Shown in pieces: positions 31,883-43,094 of a DNA stretch of 64,000 nt. The translations under genes were made by a program, and so were the position numbers. This DNA is from Cyanidioschyzon merolae (Eukaryota): NCBI GenBank assembly GCA_000091205.1, contig AP006496.2, one strand, 5' to 3'. Positions within the stretch are counted from its first letter, which is position 1, and each line of letters starts with the position of its first letter. The notes under the pieces were generated by a model. The model made no database searches, had not been told where the DNA came from, and was given only the letters and a program-made list of their open reading frames with translations.

Positions 31883-33298
31883 TCAGGGCGCCGCCCTGCG
31901 TGCCGCGGCAGGCGTGTCGCTCAGCAGGAGCCCATCAACATACGCAACGGGGTCAAAGTCGCGCAGATCGTTGAGCTTCTCGCCAACACCCACAAACTTC
32001 ACCGGAATGCCGAGTTCTTCCACCACGCTGACAAGGAAGCCCGCTCGTGCGGTTCCGTCCAGTTTGGTCAGAACAAGGCCAGTAACCTGGACATCGCGAA
32101 GCCACTGCCGCGCAGCTGCCACAGCGTTGCGCCCAGATGGAGCGTCGAGTACCAGCAGGCATTCAGCCAGGGGGCCTTGGATCTGACGCTCCACGACACG
32201 GCGTAATTTCTTCATTTCCTCCATGAGGTTCTCATTCGTATGGAGACGACCGCTGGTGTCAATGATTGCAACGTCATAGCGTTCATCAACAGCCCGTTTC
32301 AGGGCATCGTAGGCTACCGATGCGGCGCTCTTCTGATTCTCGAGCGGCATCGCGATATCGACTCCGGCTCGCTGAGCCCATTCTGCCAGCTGCTGCACCG
32401 CCGCTGCTCGGAAAGTGTCCGCTGCAACGAGTAACACTTTTTTCTTGTCCTGTGTCCGCAGTCGATAGGCCAGCTTCGCAGCGGATGTCGTTTTTCCATG
32501 GCCGTTCGTGCCTACAAGCATCAGCACCTCGCACTGGGGAGAGCCGCTGTGTTGCTGCGCAGCCAATCGTTGTGATTGTATACGTTTCTGCGCGTCAGTC
32601 TGGGCGCGCGTCAGTAGCGCGAGCAGTGACGCGGCGAGCGAGGCCCTGACCTCTGCACCGCTCCGCAGCCTTTGCTCTGCAATGTCCTTTCGCAAGTTCT
32701 CCATCAAGCGATCGACGACGGAGACGCCGAGGTCAGCTCCCAGAAGTGCATTTTCGATATCCTGCATAGCCTGGTCAACCTGGTCCAAACGCCCCATGTT
32801 GCGTTCGACTATGGTCTCGATTTCGCGGCTGAGTCGCTCACGCGTCTTGGTGAGCCCCTCCCGAAACGCGCTCACTTGCGCAGCGTCTCGGACTGCCTTG
32901 TCTCGAACGTAGTCCATAAACTTGCCTTGTTTCACTGCATCGACCAGAGCCTGTTGTTCCTGTCGTGCTTGCTCGCCAAAATTGCGAAGAAAGTCGAAGA
33001 CTCCGGCACGGACACCAAGGGGGCCCTGGAAACCCGGGCTTGTGCTGCGCCTGCAGACCTTCAAGTAACGCGCGACTCGCCAGTCGCTTCGAAACGACAG
33101 TCCGTGCAAGTTTCGAGGTACATGGAAGGAAAACGCTTGCATCGGACGCTCAGTGCCACTTGGGCGGTGCGGGCCCTTCACCACCATTGCGAACGGTGCA
33201 GTGCGAGTGCGAGCACGATGTTCGTCGACCTGCACACACGCGGTAACATCCGTGTGCAATACCGGCTCACGAACGGTTGGTCGTCGCAGCACTGGCAT
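31883..33298 (-). CDS. FTSY: Signal-recognition-particle receptor FtsY-type GTPase (probably plastid cpFtsY).
   Basis: SRP-GTPase N and G domains: G1 LVGTNGHGKTTSAAKLA, G3 DTSGRLH, G4 LTKLDGTARAG, and the closing motif VKFVGVGEKLNDL. Confidence 0.9.
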   Translation of the reverse strand: MPVLRRPTVREPVLHTDVTACVQVDEHRARTRTAPFAMVVKGPHRPSGTERPMQAFSFHVPRNLHGLSFRSDWRVARYLKVCRRSTSPGFQGPLGVRAGVFDFLRNFGEQARQEQQALVDAVKQGKFMDYVRDKAVRDAAQVSAFREGLTKTRERLSREIETIVERNMGRLDQVDQAMQDIENALLGADLGVSVVDRLMENLRKDIAEQRLRSGAEVRASLAASLLALLTRAQTDAQKRIQSQRLAAQQHSGSPQCEVLMLVGTNGHGKTTSAAKLAYRLRTQDKKKVLLVAADTFRAAAVQQLAEWAQRAGVDIAMPLENQKSAASVAYDALKRAVDERYDVAIIDTSGRLHTNENLMEEMKKLRRVVERQIQGPLAECLLVLDAPSGRNAVAAARQWLRDVQVTGLVLTKLDGTARAGFLVSVVEELGIPVKFVGVGEKLNDLRDFDPVAYVDGLLLSDTPAAARRAAP

Positions 33299-33489
33299 GT
33301 TGCCTTGTCGATAAACCAGCCCTGATACCCCCGTGAACGAGAACGCAACCCCGGTCTCGGTACGTTAGCTTTGCCGCTTCCACGAAAGCCGACGCGCTTT
33401 GAGTGCACCAATGTCGTACACGCGGATCGACGCTGGACTCCAGACAATGAGCCGCCTATGCCGCAGAGCTGCTGGTTTTAAGATTCATG

Positions 33490-33790
33490 ATGATGATGAG
33501 GATACTTATCTTTACCCATCAGGATGATACGCGGAGGCAAGTGAAGCACCATGGTGCTGCTGCTGCTGCTGCTTGTAAGGTTCAAGATGATCATGATGAT
33601 GCTAGCCGATAGGCACCAGCATGATACGCGGAGGCAAGTGAAGCACCACGGTGCTGCTGCTGCTGCTTGTAAGGTTCAAGCTGATCATGATGATGCTAGC
33701 CGATAGGCACCAGCATGATACGCGGAGGCAAGTGAGGCACCACGGTGCTGCTGCTGCTGCTGCTGCTGCTGCCGCCGCCGCATCCGCTGT
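33490..33790. repeat. Tandem repeat of a roughly 94-bp unit, about 3 copies, with an embedded (GCT)n/(GCC)n tract that expands in the last copy.
   Basis: The unit catgatacgcggaggcaagtgaagcacca(c/t)ggtgctgctgctgctgcttgtaaggttcaag(a/c)tgatcatgatgatgctagccgataggcaccag recurs at about 33523, 33618 and 33712. Confidence 0.8.
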
Positions 33791-34576
33791 GGAGGCCCCA
33801 GGGCGCAGCTCGTGATTTATCTGATGACAAAACGTTTCGATTGACCATGGATCCCAGAATTCGGAATGAATAATAGCTTTCGGGAAAGCGCCCATGATGA
33901 GGCGCCTAACTTCAAGTTCCATTACCCAGACTTCCTCTCGGATATACTGGTCGTTTCGTATGTTCTATCGTACGCCGAGCCTGCCGTGAACACCCGCCGT
34001 TGCGCTTATATACCGCTGAAGCAGGTGCTGCAGGGAGACAGAACGGCTTTGGCATACCACTGAGGGCGTCGGCTCGAAGGATGATTCATCCGACATGGGG
34101 TCGGAGTACATCATAATTCTGAGAGCCTGTAAGCTGCGTAGACAGACGCACTGCCCGCGGTAGCGCGAATCGATATAGTAGGAGTCCACTGCGAGCAGGG
34201 CGACGCCCAGATGCAGCAAAGCTGCATCTAGTCCCAGGATGAACTGCGTTGCGGACGAGCTGCGCAGGTCTCGCCACAGTACCTGCCAATGGAAGCCTGA
34301 AGCACGAGCCCGGCAGACTCGCCCGGCTCGCGGGACCTTCCGCCAAGAAGGTAAACTTTCGAAGATACTGAAACTTTTCCCCATTTCAACGCTTACGATC
34401 AAGGTCGAGCGCAAATGTTATCGAGTTGCCATTTAGTGAATAGTTTCTGTTCTTTCCGCAGCTCGTGATACGCTGCGAATCTGCGGCGCGCAAAGGCAAT
34501 GCGTCCACGACTCGCGGCACTCGGATGCGTCGCTTCTGAGCGTCACCAGTGATAGACACGTGCAGGAGTTGCATTC

Positions 34577-35173
34577 ATGTTCATTCAGACTGGACTCGTA
34601 CATTATCAGCGTGCTGGTTGCTATCAACGAAGGCGTTGGTTGCATATGGACAGCAGCGCAAAGCCGGTGCGCGAATGGAGTCGGCGGCAAGTTCTACACC
34701 AGCTTGCCCAGTGTGCTTTACTAGCGGTGACTGCCTGGCAGCGCCTTCCCGAAGCTCGAGCAGACTACACACCGCAGTCCGCAAAACGTGCGTTTGAGCG
34801 GTATGCACCGCGCATTCTCTCGGGTCGAGAGCTGTTGAGCGCGCTGGAAAGCGCACTCAAAGCGGGGAACAGGGACGCGAACGGCCGCTGGGACCTGAGC
34901 AACAAGCGGTCGGACGCGGCTCGTCTTCTGCGAGCTATGCGCATATACGCTGGAACATTTTCGAATAACTACGAGTCACCTAAAACACGGGAGCTACGAG
35001 CGCTGGTTGATGAGCTCGAACAGAGCTACGAGAAAGCGCGCAGTACACAAGACGCCGCGCGACGCGAGCAGTACCTCCAGGCTGCACGACGGAGTTACGA
35101 GCGTTACCTCGATGAGACGAACCTGTCAACAGTTGCACTGCAGACTCCAGAGCCGCAACAGGCCTCGGAGTGA
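34577..35173 (+). CDS. Hypothetical protein with a twin-arginine (Tat)-like signal, possibly a thylakoid-lumen helical protein.
   Basis: SRRQVLHQLAQCALLAVTAWQRLPEARA-DYTP has an RRxVL motif, a hydrophobic core and an AxA cleavage site. The mature part is predicted helical and charged. Its identity is not recognized. Confidence 0.3.
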   Translation: MFIQTGLVHYQRAGCYQRRRWLHMDSSAKPVREWSRRQVLHQLAQCALLAVTAWQRLPEARADYTPQSAKRAFERYAPRILSGRELLSALESALKAGNRDANGRWDLSNKRSDAARLLRAMRIYAGTFSNNYESPKTRELRALVDELEQSYEKARSTQDAARREQYLQAARRSYERYLDETNLSTVALQTPEPQQASE

Positions 35174-35624
35174 GCGCGTTTCACTCGGACACTGGGTGCT
35201 CGATGAGAACGGCAGGCGCTTGTGTGGCAAATGTACCACCGCACAGTGGCACCCTATGCACAGCTCACGTCTTTTGGTTACAGGCACCGCAGCTGGGTAC
35301 CGTGAACGGCAACCCGCAGTGTGTGCACCTTAAGGAGAGTCGCTGCGTTATCATGCATCTAAGGCATGGACGCTTGGCTGCCTGCGAATACGCTTGCTGT
35401 CGTTGTCCGTTGCCTTTTCCGCTGGACGCTTTCGAGTAGATCGCTTTGCGGCACGTTGGCAGTCATGGCGGGTACACGCTGCCGCGCGCCCAGCGTAGCA
35501 CAGATGCATGGATCGACTTCATCGTGGACTGCAACTTAGGAAGAGGCAACCGCTCGCGCAGGGTGGATCGCTGAAACGCTCTCCTCCAGAGCTCGCATGA
35601 ATCACTCGAGACGTTTTTCGGAAT

Positions 35625-37050
35625 AAAATGGAACTGGTCAGATTTACAAACTCGGGCATAAACGCTCAATTTTGGCGCTTTTTCCACTGTTTACAAAACG
35701 AGCGTTGGCGGGCCTGTTGATGCGACTGCTTTGCTTGCCTCTCTCTCTTCTCTCAGACTTTGAATACGCGAGTCTGTCCTGTCTCCCGGGCTCTCACTTG
35801 CCAGCAGTCGAAGGATGTTGATGGCAGCGTTCAGGTCCCGATAAAGCCGCAGGCGGATGTTGCCGATGCGTTTTACGCACATAGAAGGAAGTTGAGATCT
35901 ACGTCTCGCTTCCCGGTTCCATGTTCTTTGCAGAAAGTGTTGTTGCCCCCGTGGCGGCGGCGACACTGGGACGCCGCCAGGTGTTCCCGTACGTCCAGCA
36001 TGCCTGCTCCGCCGAGCCGTGCTCTGTTGCGCTTGAACGCTTGCGTCAACGCTCAGTCCATATTCTTGACAGATAGAGGGGGCTGTCTTCGATGCCCTCC
36101 TCAGTTTTCCGGTCCCAGTGCCATAACCCAGTAACAAGGGATTCTTCAAGGCGATTCCCTTCGGCAAGTGCACCGTGCGCTGCACACGCAAGCGCACGCT
36201 TACCAATCCGATAGACGATTTGTTCAAAGCGATGCTGGTCATGGTGAAACAAGTACCGCAAACAAAATCCGGACTGGAGATAGAATCGAGCAATGCCGAT
36301 TCGGTTGCGGTCCTGACGTTCCAAGCGCTGACGCATTCTGTCCTGGAAGCGATCGCTACGATGGCTCAAGTCCGAGTCAAAGACCTTTTTCCATGCAAGC
36401 AGATGAGGCGAGCACCTCTGAGGGCAAATCCCTTAACAGGTGTCATGTTACTGGCGAGCGCCGTCTCCTCGATGGAAACAAATGGAGTAGGATTTGATTA
36501 CCAAAATCTATGGAATGCAGCATCCCGTTCGGTGCTCCGTGACGTTTCGGCATGAGCTTGTGAACACGTTGCCGAGAAGCCACGTCGAGTTTCTTTCGAT
36601 GTCAATCCAGCGGCGTGAATTGCTGCCTCCACGATACGCCGTACCCCAGAACGATTGAAAACGTATAGCATGCATAGTTTCGGCATGCTTTTCGTGTGAA
36701 AATGCGACGCATATCACTTTTTACTTACGAACTGGATACCGATATCGTATAGTTTCGGAATCCGTGTTCGAAGGCGCCACAAATGATCCTGGTTCCTATA
36801 TCAAAACGAATTCCAGCGGCGAATCGTCGAATGAGCGCCACTCCGATACCACGGACTCAGAATCCGAATTTCTCGCATGATTCCGTAACAAGTGGCCGTT
36901 ACATTTCAAATGCTGAGCGTGCATATCTGGAAACACTTCACAAAATCAAAGTGCTGAAACAGAGTCCACGGGTCAGTGTTCCATGTTCATCCGGCAAAGA
37001 CATGGATGCCTTGCATGGAACCGAGCGCACAGCGCCAGGTCACAGCACAC
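35625..37050 (-). mobile_element. Diverged fourth copy of the TnpB/Fanzor-like family (minus orientation). It retains a canonical RuvC-III motif RDLNAAINIL.
   Basis: ORF 35691..36293 ends ...CVKRIGNIRLRLYRDLNAAINILRLL. ORF 36046..36369 (HRSDRFQDRMRQRLERQDRNRIGIARFYLQSGF) is homologous to the 190-aa ORF of copies A-C (HRSDRFQWGMRHRLARRDRRLIGISRLHLQPGY). The 3' end (35625-35660) is homologous to the family 3' end (tatgcccgagtttgtaaatctgaccagttccatttt versus tatacccaagttagcaaagcagacctattcgatttt). The 5' boundary is approximate. Confidence 0.5.
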
Positions 37051-37106
37051 CGCAGCCGCTCAAAAAAGCCATTCCCCACTTAGAAAAAAAGCGCTTCCGC
37101 TTGAGT

Positions 37107-40100
37107 TTACGGATCGATTTCAGGATGCACAGAATCGGGTTCTGCCTCCAGAGCGCTGCCGCTGGTTGCCGTCATTGAAAGTGCGCGGCCCTTCCGACTT
37201 GACTGACGATGGCGTCGCTGGGGTGCATGCTCACGAAGGAGCGCACGGAATCGAGCGCTAGCACGTGGCCCCAGAGAGTACACAAGTCGACTGAACTGAC
37301 CGTCTGGACGTGTGGAGAGCAGCTCCTCGGGATCGCCGTACTCCGCCACGCGCCCATGATGCATGACGAGGCAGGTGTCGAACGCGGCAAGCGTAAAGAG
37401 GCGATGCGCAATCGCCAGCAAGGTTGCATCCTCAAACTGCTGCCGAATAACGTCCTGAATGACCTTGTCGGTTTGAAAGTCCACACTAGAGGTGGCTTCG
37501 TCGCTGATGAGAATCCGCGGATGCCGCAACAGCGCCCGAGCCAGACAGATTAACTGCCTCTGGCCAGCGGATAGGTTCTCTCCGTACTCGGCGACCTGGG
37601 CCTCGAGGCCACCGGGCATAGCGTGCACTGCGTCGTCCAAATGGGCGTAGCGCAGCGCACTCCAGAGCTCCGCGTCTGTGTACAGCCCAAACGGATCCAA
37701 ATTGAGTCGAATGCTCCCCGAGAAAAGCACCGGATCCTGCGGTATAATCGTGAGCCGGGAACGCAACGAGCGCACTCGCAGTTTGCTGATATCGAGTCCA
37801 TCGATGAGGATGCGACCCATCGGCTTGCCTGTCGTTTCATTCACTGGTATCTCGACGAGTCGAAAGAGCGCGACAATGATGGAGGACTTGCCGGAACCCG
37901 TGCGTCCCAGGATACCGACACGTTCGCCACCGGCGACGCGGAACGTCACATCCTGCAGCACTAACGGCAACTGAGGACGATACCGCAGCGAAACGTCCTC
38001 GAAAACGATTTCGCCCACCTGGGGCCAACTGGGAGGCGGCTCCTCGCCGTCCAGGTTCTCGTGCGGAATCGAGTCCGTGTAGTAAAAGTTGCGCTCCACC
38101 GAGTTCATCAGCTGCTCGACTTCGGTGATCGATCGCACCGCTAAACTCAGCGCCGACGTCACCTGGAGCGCGTAGGTAAGCGCCAAGCCAGTCAACCCGA
38201 CGTAGGTGGTGTTCTTGGAGGTCACTCCAAAGATCCCCGTGATAAAGACCAGAAGAGCGCCGAGCACCTCGAGACGCAGCGCAAGCCAACGGTTGCCGGT
38301 TACCTGGTGGTAGTAAGCTCGCTGGTTGATATCGATGCGGAAGCGGTTGACCGCTTGCATGTAAGCCTGTCGACGGTAGGCGCGGATGGTGGTCAGTCCA
38401 TTCAGGGTTTCGCTAAAGTGACTGTAGATGGGACCCTTGCTGATGCTGTCCAGCCGCCGAAACTGAATATTCGCGGGATTATAGATCTGCTGCAGCACGA
38501 AATACAGCACAGTAATGGGCACCATGGCCGCCACGAAGATCGGAAATATAACAGCGATGAAAACATAGGCGGCAATGATCGAGGCGATCTGCTGCAGGAA
38601 TGAGATGTACTGCTGCGGTAACTGAAAGTCAATCTGCATGATATCGCGACTGAAGCGAACCAGAATACGTCCGACAGGTGTCACATCGTAAAAGGCCATT
38701 GGTGCTCGCAGCACCGAGTCCAGCAGCTCTGCATGCAGGTAACGCGCCGCTACCAGCGTCAACAGCAGAAACCAGTACGTGCGGAAGAAAGAGATAATCG
38801 CGTGACCCGCGGCAAGCGCGAAGTAGATGCCGAGGAAGAAGCCCAATGTGTACTGCTGCTCGTGCTCGCTCCAGAAGCTGAGCCACCAGTTGTTGACCAC
38901 TGCCTCGCCGGCCGACACAAAGAATAACGACAAGATCGCGATGAAGAGATACGGATTCCCACAGCGCTTCGCATAGCCCCAGTAGACGGAGAGTGCTACG
39001 TGACCTTTGTTGATTTCCTCGGTAACGACCAGCTGACCCCTGTCAGTGGATTTCTGGGTTTCACGTCCAGTGACGCTCGGGTCGCCGCTGCCGACGCCAC
39101 TGCTTGAGAAGAAACTCGTTCTCTCTTTCGTTGATTCCGAGCGTTCTCGATGCCCGTCTGCGTCGTCTGCGTCCAGCCGGTGGAGGTCGTCTTCGGCGGG
39201 TTCGGTGTTCGGATCCCCGACCTGCGTCTTGGATTGCGTGGAACGCGTCGCTGTCATTGCCGCAAGCATCTCCACAAAGCGCGGTGAGCTCGTTGTCAAG
39301 TGCTGCAACGTCCCCTGACCTGCGATGCGGCCATTTTCCATCAAAACAATCCAGTCACAACGCGAGGCATACTGCAGATGATTGGTGACCAGCACTCGCG
39401 TCTTACGTCGTAGGACGCCGTGCTCGTTGGAGAGAATCTTCTGAAAGACGTGATCTCCGACATGCGCATCCAGGGCGGATAGCGGGTCATCCAAAATGTT
39501 CACATCTGCATTTGCGTACACGAGGCGAGCCAGACTGACGCGTTGCTTCTGTCCACCGCTGAGGTTGATTCCTTTTTCACCAATCTCAGTCAAGTCGCCA
39601 GCTGGTAAAATCTCCAAGTCGGCATTCAGCGCACTCACGTATATGGCTCGCCTGTATCGCTTTGGTTCATATGGAAGCCCGAAGAGAATATTGTCGCGCA
39701 CTGTCCCGTTATAGATCCAAGCTGCTTGTGCAGAATAAGCCACAGAGCCGTGAACCCGAACCGTGCCCGATCGTCGTTGCAGTTCGCCGAGTATGGCGGA
39801 CACCAGCGATGACTTACCAGAGCCGACGCGCCCCACAACAGCCACTAGCGCGCGTGGCGGTATCCGCAGGTTCACATCTTCCAGAGCGGGTACAAACTCG
39901 ACGGGTTTCAATCGCACCTCCGGCTGGGGAGGTTGTCTGCGCAGCTCGCGTCGATGCCAGAGGCGCTGGAAAAGCGCTAGGCGGCGCTTGGGCAGCTGCT
40001 GTCCTTCTGTGGCAGAAGCAGAGGCAGAAGCCGGAGCTGGCTGCTCCTTGCTGAGCGTCCAGTCGAAGCACCCGTGCTCGATCTCGATGACGTACATGGG

Positions 40101-42542
40101 CTCCTTCCGAAACGACGACGACGCTCTACCCAGTCCTGAGCTGAGATCCTTGCTAGGCTTATCGAGCAGCATTCCGGTGCCCTGGCCGTTCTCTGCTGTA
40201 TCTGTAGAGTCCATCAGGATTGTACTCGTTTCAGCTTGCTCGTGAAAAGCCGCTGATTCGCCTGGGAGCTCAATGGACGGACCCCAGTGCAAGGCGCCAG
40301 GCAGCGATGATGCTTCCTCGGCAGGAATCGCTCCAGAGGGTTCGCGAGCTCGCGTCATAACACTACCGCTGGCATCAGCACCATCAATTGCATCTGTTGG
40401 ATGCTCAGACGATGGTGCGGAGTGCTTGGCGGCTCGCTCGACCGGTTTCCGCCAAAAGAAACGCCAACGGGAGCGGGTTGACTCGGGTTGGTGCGGTGCA
40501 GGCGGCACCTGCGCATCTTCAGCAGACGGTGTTCGCTTCTGTTTGTCTGTTAGCTTCTGAGCGGGATCGCCCATGAGGTCGGAGCTTGAACTCGAGCTCT
40601 TTGCATCCGTGCTAAGACGCTCCGTCGCTGGAGAAGGCTCGATTTCCTCCAGCGCGAAAAACCGCTGCAAACGCTGAACGCCGATGCGGGCATCCACGAG
40701 CGCAGTAAATACGAACGGATACTGAATCAGCGGAAAACGCAAATTATTCAGCACGCTCAGTCCAGCAAAAATAAACGCTGGGTTCAGTTGGTTGTGAAAT
40801 ACGCCACCATAAAACCCAAACGTCACCGCAGAGACGAGCACTGGCGTCACAAATAGCACCACGTAGAAGAGGGTGCGAACAAAAACAGTCCTGCGGTAAG
40901 CGGCAAGTTCCTGCTCCCGAATCTCCGTAACTTTGACGGCAAATGGCTCTTCCCAAGCATAGAATTTCAGCGTCTTGATGCCTTGAAACATTTCATTCAA
41001 GAGTTTCACTCGACGGTCAGTGATTCCGAAGGTTAGCCTGCGAAATCCCGACAGTCTCTTCACCAGGTATCCTTGAAGCGGCACCGTCAGCACCGCCGCG
41101 AGGAAGCCAATGAGGCCGCTATAGCCCAAGTATACAATGAGCAGGGCAAGTGCTCCACCGATCTGCAAGAGCGCAGCCCAGAGGACGTGGGCATACTGCA
41201 TAAAGTCACTCAGACGCTGAGCATCGAGCTGCATATGGTTCACGACTTCACCTGTGGTGGTCTGCGCGCGCGCACTTGCGCTCAACCGCAGCGACTTGTC
41301 GTAGACCGCGGACTGAACCTCTCCACGAATTCGCACCGCCAACCGAAACGTCAGGTAAAAGTATTGGTTCTCCACGAACGCTTTCAGGAACGGGGCCAGA
41401 AAGATTGCAAGCACCCAGAGATACCCCTGGTATGTGGGCGCTCCGGGCGTTTCCAGCCAGATCAAGAGCTTGTTCAGGAAGACTGGAGAAACCTGACCTA
41501 GACCGACATCAAAGAATTTCAGGATACCGGACACAATGATAATGCGCGTGTGCACCCGCAGGATGACCCAGAACATGGGCCAACGCGAACGTCGCTGGAT
41601 GCGGAGCTGCTCCTCATCAACATGGTCCAGAGAGTCGTCTTTGCGGGGCGCAACTCCGTCGAGTGCACCAGTTTTCGCTGTTCGAGCTTGACGCTCGCGT
41701 TCCAACTCTCTGGTAATGCGTTCCTCCTGACGTTCCAGGAAATCCACCCAGGCCACTGCAAAGCGCTCGGACAGCGGCTGGGCGCGATCATCCGGTGCCA
41801 GTTCATACAGGTCGGAGTCGTCCAGGGTTCGACGCCAACCACGCCATATGAGGGAGCCGAACCACCAAAATGTCCACCGCGAGAGCCAGGATGCCTCTAA
41901 TTCGGGGAGCGGCTTGCGCGATGCCGAGTCTCCTGTTGCCGTCAATGCTGCCGCTTCAGCAATCCTTCGCATTTGGTCCTGAGCGTACCGGTGATAGTCC
42001 GTAACGCCAGCCTGGCGTCCCTGGTATTGAAAGTATGCAGAGCCGGCTGTGGCAATGGCTGATGTGGACTGGCTCTCTAAAGCGTCTGCTGCATGCTTCG
42101 GGTGTTTCTCCTGCGACGCCGGATCAATCCCAATACCATCTGCTTGCGCTGCTTCCTGAACCGCAGTGCGAGGCACACCGTCCACATTTGGATCTTCTTC
42201 AGCTGCGAGCGGTGTAGAGAGCACTTCATGACGCACCAGCGACATCCGCTCCCGTCCAAGAGTCAGATCATTCTGTTCGGCTGTTTCCGCGACAGCAATA
42301 TCCAGCTGCTCGGCGAATTCATCGTCCGGTACTGATGGCTGTGCTTCGTGTACACTTTCTGCAGGCTGCCCTGAATAGGGCCACTCCGGCTGAGCGCTAC
42401 GGGAAGCGGATGCGTCAGCCCCATGTCGTGCTGCTGTTTCTTGAACACCTTCGCGATCAGCGGCGCCTTCCCCGTTTTGACCTGGTTGTGTGTCCATAGC
42501 CAAGTCGTGTTTCGCGTTTGCACGTCCAGTCGGCGGCGACAC
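37107..42542 (-). CDS. ABCC/MRP-type full-length ABC transporter (two transmembrane domains and two nucleotide-binding domains), 1811 aa.
   Basis: Two NBDs with Walker A (GRVGSGKSSL and GRTGSGKSSI), ABC signatures (LSGGQKQRVSLAR and LSAGQRQLICLAR) and Walker B (ILDDPLSALD, ILISDEATSSVD). The multi-helix TMDs are typical of ABCC. Confidence 0.9.
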   Translation of the reverse strand: MSPPTGRANAKHDLAMDTQPGQNGEGAADREGVQETAARHGADASASRSAQPEWPYSGQPAESVHEAQPSVPDDEFAEQLDIAVAETAEQNDLTLGRERMSLVRHEVLSTPLAAEEDPNVDGVPRTAVQEAAQADGIGIDPASQEKHPKHAADALESQSTSAIATAGSAYFQYQGRQAGVTDYHRYAQDQMRRIAEAAALTATGDSASRKPLPELEASWLSRWTFWWFGSLIWRGWRRTLDDSDLYELAPDDRAQPLSERFAVAWVDFLERQEERITRELERERQARTAKTGALDGVAPRKDDSLDHVDEEQLRIQRRSRWPMFWVILRVHTRIIIVSGILKFFDVGLGQVSPVFLNKLLIWLETPGAPTYQGYLWVLAIFLAPFLKAFVENQYFYLTFRLAVRIRGEVQSAVYDKSLRLSASARAQTTTGEVVNHMQLDAQRLSDFMQYAHVLWAALLQIGGALALLIVYLGYSGLIGFLAAVLTVPLQGYLVKRLSGFRRLTFGITDRRVKLLNEMFQGIKTLKFYAWEEPFAVKVTEIREQELAAYRRTVFVRTLFYVVLFVTPVLVSAVTFGFYGGVFHNQLNPAFIFAGLSVLNNLRFPLIQYPFVFTALVDARIGVQRLQRFFALEEIEPSPATERLSTDAKSSSSSSDLMGDPAQKLTDKQKRTPSAEDAQVPPAPHQPESTRSRWRFFWRKPVERAAKHSAPSSEHPTDAIDGADASGSVMTRAREPSGAIPAEEASSLPGALHWGPSIELPGESAAFHEQAETSTILMDSTDTAENGQGTGMLLDKPSKDLSSGLGRASSSFRKEPMYVIEIEHGCFDWTLSKEQPAPASASASATEGQQLPKRRLALFQRLWHRRELRRQPPQPEVRLKPVEFVPALEDVNLRIPPRALVAVVGRVGSGKSSLVSAILGELQRRSGTVRVHGSVAYSAQAAWIYNGTVRDNILFGLPYEPKRYRRAIYVSALNADLEILPAGDLTEIGEKGINLSGGQKQRVSLARLVYANADVNILDDPLSALDAHVGDHVFQKILSNEHGVLRRKTRVLVTNHLQYASRCDWIVLMENGRIAGQGTLQHLTTSSPRFVEMLAAMTATRSTQSKTQVGDPNTEPAEDDLHRLDADDADGHRERSESTKERTSFFSSSGVGSGDPSVTGRETQKSTDRGQLVVTEEINKGHVALSVYWGYAKRCGNPYLFIAILSLFFVSAGEAVVNNWWLSFWSEHEQQYTLGFFLGIYFALAAGHAIISFFRTYWFLLLTLVAARYLHAELLDSVLRAPMAFYDVTPVGRILVRFSRDIMQIDFQLPQQYISFLQQIASIIAAYVFIAVIFPIFVAAMVPITVLYFVLQQIYNPANIQFRRLDSISKGPIYSHFSETLNGLTTIRAYRRQAYMQAVNRFRIDINQRAYYHQVTGNRWLALRLEVLGALLVFITGIFGVTSKNTTYVGLTGLALTYALQVTSALSLAVRSITEVEQLMNSVERNFYYTDSIPHENLDGEEPPPSWPQVGEIVFEDVSLRYRPQLPLVLQDVTFRVAGGERVGILGRTGSGKSSIIVALFRLVEIPVNETTGKPMGRILIDGLDISKLRVRSLRSRLTIIPQDPVLFSGSIRLNLDPFGLYTDAELWSALRYAHLDDAVHAMPGGLEAQVAEYGENLSAGQRQLICLARALLRHPRILISDEATSSVDFQTDKVIQDVIRQQFEDATLLAIAHRLFTLAAFDTCLVMHHGRVAEYGDPEELLSTRPDGQFSRLVYSLGPRASARFRALLREHAPQRRHRQSSRKGRALSMTATSGSALEAEPDSVHPEIDP

Positions 42543-43094
42543 GTCGCCGGACTGAGGCGTCTCGTGAGGCCTCTCGGTACACAGCCAGCGTCAGCGAGAA
42601 CCGGGGCTCGTTGACAATGGTGCTCACGTCGGTGCTAGTCCACCAGTAACGTACTGTGTATATGTCAAAAATGCGTAGTAGGCCTAAATGACTTGAAACC
42701 TTGGGCGATGCGCTTTTCGGTGAATGAGGCGCCGCTTCACGCTCGACGTGGTGCAGCGCTGGAAGCGGCGACCCTGAAGCACGTTCTATTCAAAGTGAAT
42801 CCACCGGTTTTTACCAAGCAGCAACTCTGTAGACTGTATCACGCTCCAATGTATCACACACACACAAGTCACAAGAACCTGACGAAAGTTGAACTTTCTA
42901 ATGGTTCACTGCGTCTCGGCCCGCGTTTCTATGCAGCTGCCTGTAGAGCAGTGGCATTCGGTGGCGTTCCTCGATGAATGACCGGTGCGGCGTGAATCAG
43001 CGCCTGCGCCGGGCGACGACGTGCCGCCAGCCCAGCGCTCCGTTCAGCCAGGGCAGGTGTTGAAGGTATCGCGCGATCACAAGCGTACTTTCAA

